Assembly (NCBI GenBank): GCA_016176815.1
Contig: JACOWL010000009.1
Coordinates: 1 to 55,071, forward strand
Length of the DNA: 55,071 nt
Reading direction: 5' to 3'
Origin: Candidatus Pacearchaeota archaeon
GTDB taxonomy: Archaea; Nanobdellota; Nanobdellia; Pacearchaeales; GW2011-AR1
Both the position numbers and the translations under genes were made by a program. This document shows, piece by piece, positions 1-6,918 of this stretch. The notes under the pieces are model-generated. The model searched no databases. It saw nothing but the letters and a program-made list of their open reading frames with translations, and was not told where the DNA came from. Numbering within the stretch: position 1 is the first letter of the stretch; every line of letters starts with the position of its first letter.

Positions 1-153
1 GCTTAATATTCCCCTGCATATTTCTATGCCATTTTTAAAACCACAGGACAAATCTCAGGATTCCAAACAAACCCAGAATTATTCTAAGACGGATTAAAAT
101 TATTTCTTAGGGAAATTCAAATTAAATTAAGATTGTTATAAGCGAGCCAAACC

Positions 154-852
154 TTACTCGCGCCTAACGGCGCGTACCCCGAGATAAGAATACGTGATAG
201 ACGGATTCCACTTGCAGTTAAAGGAAGCCTCAGAGTAGCCAACACAGAACCACGCGACTGAACGATTGTTGTTTCCTGGATACCGATAATGTAAAATTCC
301 AGAGCTAACATTTTTATTTGGAAGTCCTTGACTCGTAATATTTTTACCTTTAACAAAATCATCTAAACTAATTCCAGGAGTTTTATCTTGCATTAAACAT
401 TCTTCTAATCTTTCTTCTTTATTTTCATTTTCAGTTAAAATATATAATCCATCATCTCTTTTTTTGAAATTTGCATCAAGCCATTCTCCTTTATCAGAAT
501 AACCTCCAAATTCTGTAATGTTTCGGTAAAGTTTTCTGTCATTTTCTTTAGAATATTTTAGCAATTCAATAAATTCCGGAATTGTAGGCATTCTCTCTCC
601 ATTTTCCTGAAGCTTTTTATGAGAAATAAACCAATCCTCTCCCAAAAATTTTCTTTCTCTTGAAAAATAAAGATTAATTGATGGGACATAAATAAAATCA
701 GAATTATTTTTATTTGATGTTTTATTTTCTAAATTTTCTTTGAAATCAGAATTATTTTTATTTGATGTTTTATTTTCTAAATTTTCTTTGAATTGATAAG
801 AAATTTCCAACCATTTCAAAACTTCATTAGCTACTCCAATTATTGTTTTCAT
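154..852 (-). CDS. DUF1566 / Lcl-C-terminal-like (C-type-lectin-fold-like) domain protein with an internal 16-aa tandem duplication
   Basis: 232-aa ORF. 'RMPTIPEFIELL' and the C-terminal '...AWFCVGYSEASF...YLGVRAVRRE*' match my memory of the DUF1566 pattern (LPT..EL ... VRxVR). The last ~110 nt are GC-rich and A-poor. Confidence 0.5.
   Translation of the reverse strand: MKTIIGVANEVLKWLEISYQFKENLENKTSNKNNSDFKENLENKTSNKNNSDFIYVPSINLYFSRERKFLGEDWFISHKKLQENGERMPTIPEFIELLKYSKENDRKLYRNITEFGGYSDKGEWLDANFKKRDDGLYILTENENKEERLEECLMQDKTPGISLDDFVKGKNITSQGLPNKNVSSGILHYRYPGNNNRSVAWFCVGYSEASFNCKWNPSITYSYLGVRAVRRE
697..792. repeat. Perfect 48-bp x2 tandem duplication inside the CDS (FKENLENKTSNKNNSD x2)
   Basis: Units 697-744 and 745-792 read identically. 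Confidence 0.9.
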
Positions 853-969
853 AATAAGTATAGAGAAACATGATTTATAAATTTTATTGTTGTATTAATT
901 TTATAAAAGTAACACAAGTTAAAGGAATAAAAACCCTAAATTTAATAACTCTTTATTATTTTATTTCAT

Positions 970-1191
970 ATGGAAATATCAGAGAAAAATAAACAAAAAA
1001 TTTCAGAGCAGATATTAGCGCATCTTTTTGCAAGAGATGAAGAATTTGTAAAACAGCTTCTGATTAATCTAAAAGAAAAAGGGCTTGTGATAGATATTAA
1101 TAAAAATTCAAAAGGAACTCCCTATCTTAAAAGAATAAGATGGAAGTTGAGTGATAAAGCTTACAGCGCGTATAAATCAAACCAAATTTAA
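970..1191 (+). CDS. Small winged-helix-like DNA-binding protein (hypothetical)
   Basis: 73-aa ORF; '...LLINLKEKGLVIDINKNSKGTPYLKRIRWKLSDKAY' looks like a wHTH wing. Weak call. Confidence 0.35.
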   Translation: MEISEKNKQKISEQILAHLFARDEEFVKQLLINLKEKGLVIDINKNSKGTPYLKRIRWKLSDKAYSAYKSNQI

Positions 1192-1290
1192 TTTTTACCG
1201 AAGATTTCCTCCATAAAAGAGAAAATACATAAAAGATTAATTATAATGAATCATCTTAAAGTTTTTATACTAAAAGATTTTACTTTTTGA

Positions 1291-1938
1291 ATGGATTATA
1301 TAAAAGAGGCATTTAATAAAGTAAAACAAGACATAGATTTTTTAAAAGACGAATTAAATAATTTAAAAAAAGAATTAAAAGAAAATAGAGAATTGATGAT
1401 TAAAATTTGTGAAAATGTCCAGGAAATGTTTAGCCAATTAAACCAGACACATACGCAGTTAAGTCCAGCGCATAGAGAGAATATTCCAGCAGATAATTCT
1501 TTTTTTGAGCATTCTAACACAGGAAATTTAAGAATTTCCACTGGAAATGAAGGGGTTCCAGCAGACAGACAGACAAACCAGCAGACAGACAGACAAACAA
1601 AAAACAGCATAGAAAACGCCGTGGAAATGTATAAGTCTCTTGATAATTTAAAAAAAGAGATTTATACAAAATTTAAAAAACTTACAGAACAGGAATGGCT
1701 GGTTTTTTCAACAATATACCAATTTGATGAGGAAAATGGTTATTCAGATTATCGGATTCTGGCTGAAAAATTAAACCTTACAGAAAGTTCTATACGAGAC
1801 TATGTTTCAAGATTAATAAACAAGGGGATTCCCATAGATAAAACAAAGCTGAATAATAAGAACATAAGATTGAACATTTCTCAATCTCTTAAGCAAATAG
1901 CTTCTTTATCTAATTTACTTTATTTAAGAGATCTTTAG
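1291..1938 (+). CDS. Coiled-coil / low-complexity linker / C-terminal wHTH protein (hypothetical regulator or replication-type protein)
   Basis: 215-aa ORF. Heptad-like N-terminus (FLKDELNNLKKELKENREL), ADRQTNQQTDRQT linker, C-terminal 'LTESSIRDYVSRLINKGIPI' HTH-like segment. Confidence 0.5.
   Translation: MDYIKEAFNKVKQDIDFLKDELNNLKKELKENRELMIKICENVQEMFSQLNQTHTQLSPAHRENIPADNSFFEHSNTGNLRISTGNEGVPADRQTNQQTDRQTKNSIENAVEMYKSLDNLKKEIYTKFKKLTEQEWLVFSTIYQFDEENGYSDYRILAEKLNLTESSIRDYVSRLINKGIPIDKTKLNNKNIRLNISQSLKQIASLSNLLYLRDL
1558..1597. repeat. 20-nt x2 tandem repeat (CCAGCAGACAGACAGACAAA) built on a (CAGA)n microsatellite
   Basis: Read directly. The period is not a multiple of 3, so the two units are translated in different frames. 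Confidence 0.85.
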
Positions 1939-2016
1939 AATAAATTGTAGTGCTTAAGAACAGTTTAAGTTTTATCGTCGAGAAAATCTTTTGTTTGTAG
2001 TGTATATCTATTAAAA

Positions 2017-2305
2017 TTTAAACTCTCTAATTAAGACTTAGTTATGTCTTTTTAATTCTCTTGAAATTTAGTTCTTTCTAATATGTTCGTCCAACCGAAC
2101 AACTATTTTTAACTCTCTCTTTTCGACTTTGAAGAGCTATTAATTTTTAATTATTTAATAATCCCTACTTTTTACATTTATTTTCTTAATTTTTCGTTGT
2201 TTTTAACTCTCACTTTTTGAATTTTGAGGCATTTTTTAGCCAAGTTTTTGGTTAATTTAAGTGAAATTCTTTAATTTTCTTCTTTTTTAATCCTCACTTT
2301 TGTCT
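2017..2305. repeat. Iteron-like direct repeats, consensus TTTTTAACTCTC-N-CTTTT-N-GA-N-TTTGARG
   Basis: Best copies are 2106-2137 and 2200-2230. Weaker copies are at 2017-2032, 2048-2069 and 2284-2305. They lie in the convergent intergenic region between the two coiled-coil/wHTH genes. Confidence 0.6.
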
Positions 2306-2651
2306 TTTTTAACAATTTTTCGCGTATTTTTTCAGGAATAAACACTCTTTTTTTGCCGTTTCTTTCCACTACTTCTTCTATTAATCCTTCACTTTTAGAT
2401 TTTATATTATTTATTTGGCCCCTTATTGTTGATCTTTCTTTCCCTAAATCATCATAACTTAATTTCATTTCTGAATTTAACAAAACCCAAATGATTGCTC
2501 TTTCAGTTATAGAAAATTGGTCTAAATTCGGTGTTTGAACAGCTGTTTGAACAGCTGTTTGAACAGCATAAACAGCTGTTTGTTTATTCAACAGCTGTTT
2601 AGGTGTTTTAAAATTTGATTTTGGCTTTAATTCAGTTACTATAGAAAGCAC
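2271..2651 (-). CDS. Coiled-coil/wHTH protein, paralogous in architecture to 1291..1938; the true 5' end is probably near 2853
   Basis: The frame stays open upstream to 2861 and encodes '...KKDVEQLKEETKKGFDAVKKDISSVGEWIKHL...EIENLKNVLSIV'. An ATG at 2851-2853 is one frame off across a T6 run. TAVQTAVQTAVQT linker. C-terminal 'ERSTIRGQINNIKSKSEGLIEEV' is HTH-like. Confidence 0.5.
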   Translation of the reverse strand: MLSIVTELKPKSNFKTPKQLLNKQTAVYAVQTAVQTAVQTPNLDQFSITERAIIWVLLNSEMKLSYDDLGKERSTIRGQINNIKSKSEGLIEEVVERNGKKRVFIPEKIREKLLKKTKVRIKKEEN

Positions 2652-3018
2652 ATTTTTTAGATTTTCAATTTCATCATTTACCGACGATAAAAACTCTTTT
2701 AATTCTTTAATCTCTTCATCTTGTTTATTTTCTTTGGAATTAAGATGTTTTATCCATTCTCCAACAGAAGAAATATCTTTTTTAACAGCATCAAATCCTT
2801 TTTTTGTTTCTTCTTTGAGCTGTTCAACATCTTTTTTTCTAAAAAACCAGCATAATTTTTTTCAAATTTTTAATCTCAAAAGCACCTCAAAAAAGGTATT
2901 TTTTAATGAAAAACACCTACAAACAGCTGTTTAAAACACCCGCAAACAGCCGTTTGTTTTTTTCAACAACATAAGGTTTGCTCTTTTTATCGACGGAAAT
3001 TCTGGTTAAACAGCCGTT
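2533..3018. repeat. Array of the 10-bp palindrome AACAGCTGTT (5 exact, 2 AACAGCCGTT variants, 1 partial inverted copy)
   Basis: Exact copies at 2538, 2550, 2571, 2590 and 2922. Variants at 2945 and 3009. Partial copy at 2817-2827. The array includes a 12-nt x3 tandem (GTTTGAACAGCT) at 2533-2568 and a 23-nt x2 tandem at 2911-2955. Confidence 0.85.
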
Positions 3019-3050
3019 TAACTGACGATTAATGCTTTCATGATAATAAC

Positions 3051-3070
3051 TAAGCTAACCTAAGTGCACA
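3051..3070 (+). repeat. Copy A of the 20-bp site TAAGCTAACCTAAGTGCACA
   Basis: Shares the core with copies B and C: 6-bp inverted arms around a 5-bp YTAAC spacer, followed by GCA. Confidence 0.8.
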
Positions 3071-3151
3071 ACTTCCGGAAAAAAGAAAATTATTCAAAAA
3101 AATTTACCGGGAAAATATATAAATAGCTAACCTGTTGTTTAATTATAAGGC

Positions 3152-3388
3152 ATGGTTAATTTTAAAAGAGAATTCAGAAAACAAATTAGATTGGCTTTAG
3201 CCGCAGCCGTAGGATTCATTATCGCATTTGCCTGAAAAGATTTTGTCCTTAAATTAACCGGAGATGCTTTGTCAAAATTTTTAGAATTAAATCCCATAAC
3301 TTCTGCTCTTGCGATTGCAATAGTTATTACCCTTATCGGAGTTTTAATAATTTTAATGAGCTCTAGAGTCTTGAAAGAACTTAGTTAA
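3152..3388 (+). pseudogene. Small two-TM membrane protein (DUF5654-like from memory) with an in-frame TGA at codon 28
   Basis: MVNFKREFRKQIRLALAAAVGFIIAFA[TGA]KDFVLKL...ITSALAIAIVITLIGVLIILMSSRVLKELS*. The frame stays open for 50 further sense codons after the TGA (3233-3235). Homologs as I recall them carry W at that position. Confidence 0.5.
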
Positions 3389-3400
3389 CCTAAGTGCATT
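3381..3400 (+). repeat. Copy B of the 20-bp site TTAGTTAACCTAAGTGCATT
   Basis: ACTTAG-TTAAC-CTAAGT inverted arms. It contains the stop codon of ORF 3152..3388. Confidence 0.8.
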
Positions 3401-3456
3401 AAAAACTTGTTTTTAAGAATATAAATAATTAAAAAGAAATAGAATTTTAACTGATA

Positions 3457-3729
3457 ATGGCAATGAAAAGATTAGTAGATTATATTTTAGGGGGTGGAAT
3501 CAAAGGCAAAGTATTTGTTGCGCGCAAAAAACCAGAAAATCTACTTTATCGTGTTGAGAATCTTTCAAAGGATAAATTGTATGTAACGGAATATAATGAA
3601 GGCCAATTTAAGCAAACTAAATATAATTTAATCAAACATTTAATGGATATTGAGGGAGATTTTAATCAAAAAGTTTTTATCAAAGAAAATATGGATGAGC
3701 ATTCATTTGTTTCAAAATATGAATCTTAA
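3457..3729 (+). CDS. Hypothetical protein (90 aa), second cassette-like unit
   Basis: Clean ORF with an ATG start, bracketed by site copies B and C. No motif recognised. Confidence 0.45.
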   Translation: MAMKRLVDYILGGGIKGKVFVARKKPENLLYRVENLSKDKLYVTEYNEGQFKQTKYNLIKHLMDIEGDFNQKVFIKENMDEHSFVSKYES

Positions 3730-3738
3730 AAAATTAAC

Positions 3739-3758
3739 TTAGCTAACCTAAGTGCATA
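3739..3758 (+). repeat. Copy C of the 20-bp site TTAGCTAACCTAAGTGCATA
   Basis: ACTTAG-CTAAC-CTAAGT inverted arms, 10 nt after the stop of ORF 3457..3729. Confidence 0.8.
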
Positions 3759-3825
3759 AAATTCTTTAAAAATTTCTAAAAATCCATATATTTATTCATT
3801 TTAACATAAGATTTATATACTAAGG

Positions 3826-3844
3826 GCACGTTAAAATAACGTGC
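3826..3844. promoter_or_regulatory. Perfect 8-bp-arm palindrome GCACGTTA-AAA-TAACGTGC upstream of the recombinase gene
   Basis: Read directly. Degenerate half-sites of the 20-bp motif flank it (CTAAGGGCAC, CCCTAAGTTTACG, GCACTAAGG, AAGTGCACA) across 3820-3905. Confidence 0.6.
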
Positions 3845-3919
3845 ACCGCGTTGTCAATACCCTAAGTTTACGACGAAACATGCACTAAGGATATAAAGTG
3901 CACAGATAAAAAAAAGAAA

Positions 3920-4675
3920 ATGATTATTAATAAACCTCTATCGGCAATTTACATTCGCGTCTCAACAGAAGACCAGGTAAAACACGGGATTTCTTTGCAA
4001 GCTCAGGAAGACTCACTAAAAAATTATGCTAAGGCCCTGGGATATGAAATTTTTAAAATTTATAGAGATGAAGGCAAGTCTGCAAAAGACATTGCGCACA
4101 GGCCGGAAATGGTCCAAATGCTGGCAGATGCAGAAGCCAAAAAATTCCAGGCAATTTTTATATATAAACTTGACAGATTTTCCAGAAGCTTAATGGATTT
4201 AATCAGCACAATTGAAAAACTTAAGGAATGGGGAATTGATTTTGTAAGCATGCAGGATAAAATAGAAACCACAAGCGCGTCAGGAAAATTAATGTTCCAC
4301 ATTATAAGCGCCTTTGCAGAATTTGAAAGAAATGTTACAAGTGAAAGAACAAAATTTACAATGAAAGCCAAATTTCAAAACGGGGGACTGGTAACCCGGG
4401 CTCCGCTTGGCTATAAAATTATAAATAAAGAACTATTCCCTGCTGAGAACTCTTATATTGTCCAGGAAATTTATCAAAATTATTTAAATTCAGATATTTC
4501 ATTAACTCAATTAGCTAAAAAATATAATTTAAGTGTGAATGGACTGAAAAAAGTCTTGGTAAATAAAACATATCTTGGCAAGCTAAAATTTGCAGGAGAA
4601 ATTATTCAAGGCAAGCACAATTCATTAATCTCACAGGAACTTTTTAATAAAGTTCAGGATAAATTAAAAAAATAA
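3920..4675 (+). CDS. Serine recombinase (resolvase/invertase catalytic domain plus a short recombinase domain)
   Basis: 'AIYIRVSTEDQ' catalytic-serine motif, 'YKLDRFSRS', 'SASGKLMFHIISAFAEFERNVTSERT'. Confidence 0.85.
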   Translation: MIINKPLSAIYIRVSTEDQVKHGISLQAQEDSLKNYAKALGYEIFKIYRDEGKSAKDIAHRPEMVQMLADAEAKKFQAIFIYKLDRFSRSLMDLISTIEKLKEWGIDFVSMQDKIETTSASGKLMFHIISAFAEFERNVTSERTKFTMKAKFQNGGLVTRAPLGYKIINKELFPAENSYIVQEIYQNYLNSDISLTQLAKKYNLSVNGLKKVLVNKTYLGKLKFAGEIIQGKHNSLISQELFNKVQDKLKK

Positions 4676-4695
4676 AAAATTCAGCAAGATTTAAA

Positions 4696-4845
4696 ATGAA
4701 CCTCAAAGTAACAATTTTTTCAATAATTGCATTAGGATTTTTAGCCTTGACTTTTTTAGTTAACTGGATGTTTATAATCGGCGCAGTTATTTTAATGATT
4801 TTAAACCAGAGGGAGTTGTTGAAACCAAATAAAAAAATTAAATAA
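4696..4845 (+). CDS. Small hydrophobic protein (49 aa, two predicted TM segments), hypothetical
   Basis: MNLKVTIFSIIALGFLALTFLVNWMFIIGAVILMILNQRELLKPNKKIK*. Below the ORF-track length cut-off; found by reading. Confidence 0.3.
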   Translation: MNLKVTIFSIIALGFLALTFLVNWMFIIGAVILMILNQRELLKPNKKIK

Positions 4846-4875
4846 ATATTTAAAAGAGATTGTATGATTCTTTAG

Positions 4876-5523
4876 ATGAAAAAATGGCAAATCAGAGCAA
4901 TTCTGCTTGATGTTGGCGGAGTTCTTGCTTTAGGCGGAAATTCTAAATGGAAAAAAGGAAAATTTATTCCATCCGGAGTCCATTTAAACATGGCTAAAAA
5001 ATTAAAGGTTTCCATTGATCAGTATCTTGATTCAATTGATACTGCTTATGTTTATGCGATTACAGGGAAACTTTCCCCAAAAAAAGTTCTTGAAATTCTT
5101 TCACAAAATTTTGGAATTTCTTCAAAAAAATTAAAAAAATTTTATTTAGATTCATATAAAAAAAATTTCAAACAAAATAAAAAGCTTTTCAATAAATTAT
5201 TTGAACTAAAAAAACAAGGCTATAAAATTGCAGTTTTATCTGACCAATGGTTTTTGTCCAAGGAAGCATTAATGCCTGAAAAACTTTATAAAAACTTTGA
5301 TGAGCTTATCGTTTCATGCGACGTCGGAGTTAGAAAGCCAAATCAAAAAATTTACCAATTGGCTGTTAAAAAATTAAATCTCTCTTCTAAAGAAATTTTA
5401 TTTATTGATAATCAGAAATGGAATCTTGAACCGGCTAAAAAATTTGGGATAAATGTAATTTTATTTAAGAGCAATAAGCAATTATTTAAAGAAAAAATTT
5501 GGAGAAATTTATTTAAAAAATGA
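4876..5523 (+). CDS. HAD-superfamily hydrolase (subfamily IA-like)
   Basis: 'ILLDVGGVLA' motif I variant, 'VLSDQW', 'KPNQKIY', 'FIDNQ'. Confidence 0.6.
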   Translation: MKKWQIRAILLDVGGVLALGGNSKWKKGKFIPSGVHLNMAKKLKVSIDQYLDSIDTAYVYAITGKLSPKKVLEILSQNFGISSKKLKKFYLDSYKKNFKQNKKLFNKLFELKKQGYKIAVLSDQWFLSKEALMPEKLYKNFDELIVSCDVGVRKPNQKIYQLAVKKLNLSSKEILFIDNQKWNLEPAKKFGINVILFKSNKQLFKEKIWRNLFKK

Positions 5524-5924
5524 TTTGCCCGCATTGTAAAAAAGAGATTAAACTTGAAAGAGGAGAAAAACAAAAATTAGGAATGATTAAGCGGGCTTCA
5601 AAAGGAAACCATGTTTCAAGAGTTCCATTTGGATATAAATGGGATTATGAAAATAAAAAAATTATTCCGGCTCAAAATTATCAGGAAGTTGAAGAAATTT
5701 TTAATGAATTTTTGCAGGAAGATATGAAATTAACGGCTCTTGCAAAAAAGCGAACTTTTTCTGTAAATGGCTTGAAAAAAATCCTGAAAAATTTTGCGTA
5801 TGTCGGCAAAGTAAAATTTGACGGACAAATTCACAACGGAAATCACAAGCCGATTATTTCGTCAATTTTATTCAATAAAGTTCAGGACAAATTGGAAAGG
5901 TTGAAAAGGAAAAAAAATTATTAA
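5520..5924 (+). CDS. Recombinase-domain-only paralog of the serine recombinase (no catalytic domain), N-terminal CPHC
   Basis: 'VPFGYKWDYENKKIIP...LTALAKKRTFSVNGLKKILKNFAYVGKVKFDGQIHNGNHKPIISSILFNKVQDKL' aligns by eye with residues ~160-250 of 3920..4675. Its start overlaps the HAD stop (ATGA). Confidence 0.6.
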   Translation: MICPHCKKEIKLERGEKQKLGMIKRASKGNHVSRVPFGYKWDYENKKIIPAQNYQEVEEIFNEFLQEDMKLTALAKKRTFSVNGLKKILKNFAYVGKVKFDGQIHNGNHKPIISSILFNKVQDKLERLKRKKNY

Positions 5925-5972
5925 TATTTTAAAGAAATTTTATATTTCTAAACATAGACTTAAATCCGCCCT

Positions 5973-6398
5973 TTACTTTTTTTCGTCGCCTTTAATTTGT
6001 AATTTTAAAGATTTATTTTCATTTCTAACTGCTTCAAGATCTGTGCTTAGAGTTTTGACATTTTCTTCAAGGTTTGCTTTTTGGGTCTTGCATCCTTCGT
6101 AATCTTTTAATTCATTTTCATATTGCTCTCTTTCAATTTCATATTGATTTGACAGCATTTGCCAAACTCTATTTTTAGTTCTTTCATCTAAAGAATCAAA
6201 AGGAATAGAAGTAGGAGTTGTATAAACATTTGATACTGCAAAATTTTTAGTTGCATTATCCAGCTCTCTTGATTTTTTTTCTACTGTTTCAATTTTAACA
6301 TAAGTTTCTTTAGTCTGTGAATAAGAATTTTCTGCGGCTAACACTGCTCCAAAAATTCCAACAGCGTAAAACAAATTTTTCATAATGTTTTCAAGCAA
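5973..6398 (-). CDS. Secreted or membrane-anchored coiled-coil protein, hypothetical
   Basis: N-terminal hydrophobic segment 'LFYAVGIFGAVLAA', then a charged heptad-like C-terminus. Confidence 0.4.
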   Translation of the reverse strand: MLENIMKNLFYAVGIFGAVLAAENSYSQTKETYVKIETVEKKSRELDNATKNFAVSNVYTTPTSIPFDSLDERTKNRVWQMLSNQYEIEREQYENELKDYEGCKTQKANLEENVKTLSTDLEAVRNENKSLKLQIKGDEKK

Positions 6399-6459
6399 AA
6401 AGGGTATTTAAATCTTTTGCTTGTTACTTTTTAAAAATTACTACAACATTAGAATAAAA

Positions 6460-6918
6460 TTATCTGTAAGAAGTTTGCCTCTTAGACCTGGCTTTTGAAT
6501 CGCCGGGTTTGTAAGCTTCTTTTTGTCTGACATCTGCAACAAGCAAATTTCTGTCATATTTCAAATAAGCTTCTTTTAATTCCTTAGGTTTTTCCTTGGA
6601 AAAATGTTTGGTTTCAGCTTTTGATTTTGTAAACTGAATAATTGCTCTCGCTAAAGCGAGCCTCGCAGCTTCAACCTGAGATTTTTCTCCGCCGCTTTTA
6701 ATTTTTATAGCAACGTCAAATTTCATATTGTCTTTGCCTAAAAGCTCTTCAGCAATTCTTATTGGTTCTTCAATTTTTAGTTTATCAAATAGCTGCAGAC
6801 TTTCGTAATTTTTATTATTTAAACTGACTTTTCCGGAGCCGTCTGTCAAAATTGCTCTTGCAACAGCAGTTTTTCTTTTTCCAGAGGTTATTATTTTATC
6901 GTTTGCCTTTTGCGTCAT
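6460..6918 (-). CDS. rps9: 30S ribosomal protein uS9
   Basis: 'GKRKTAVARA...', C-terminal '...KARSKRQTSYR'. Operon context L18e-L13-S9. Confidence 0.9.
   Translation of the reverse strand: MTQKANDKIITSGKRKTAVARAILTDGSGKVSLNNKNYESLQLFDKLKIEEPIRIAEELLGKDNMKFDVAIKIKSGGEKSQVEAARLALARAIIQFTKSKAETKHFSKEKPKELKEAYLKYDRNLLVADVRQKEAYKPGDSKARSKRQTSYR

Noticed and set aside
2734-2934. 66-aa plus-strand ORF upstream of the wHTH gene
   Set aside because: The minus strand carries a much more protein-like open frame here (coiled-coil N-terminus continuous with 2271..2651). The plus ORF is its shadow.
3051-3758. Could the three 20-bp repeats be a CRISPR array?
   Set aside because: Spacing is 330-358 bp rather than 25-50 bp. 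The intervals contain promoters and ORFs. The repeats are short inverted-repeat sites, and no cas genes are present.
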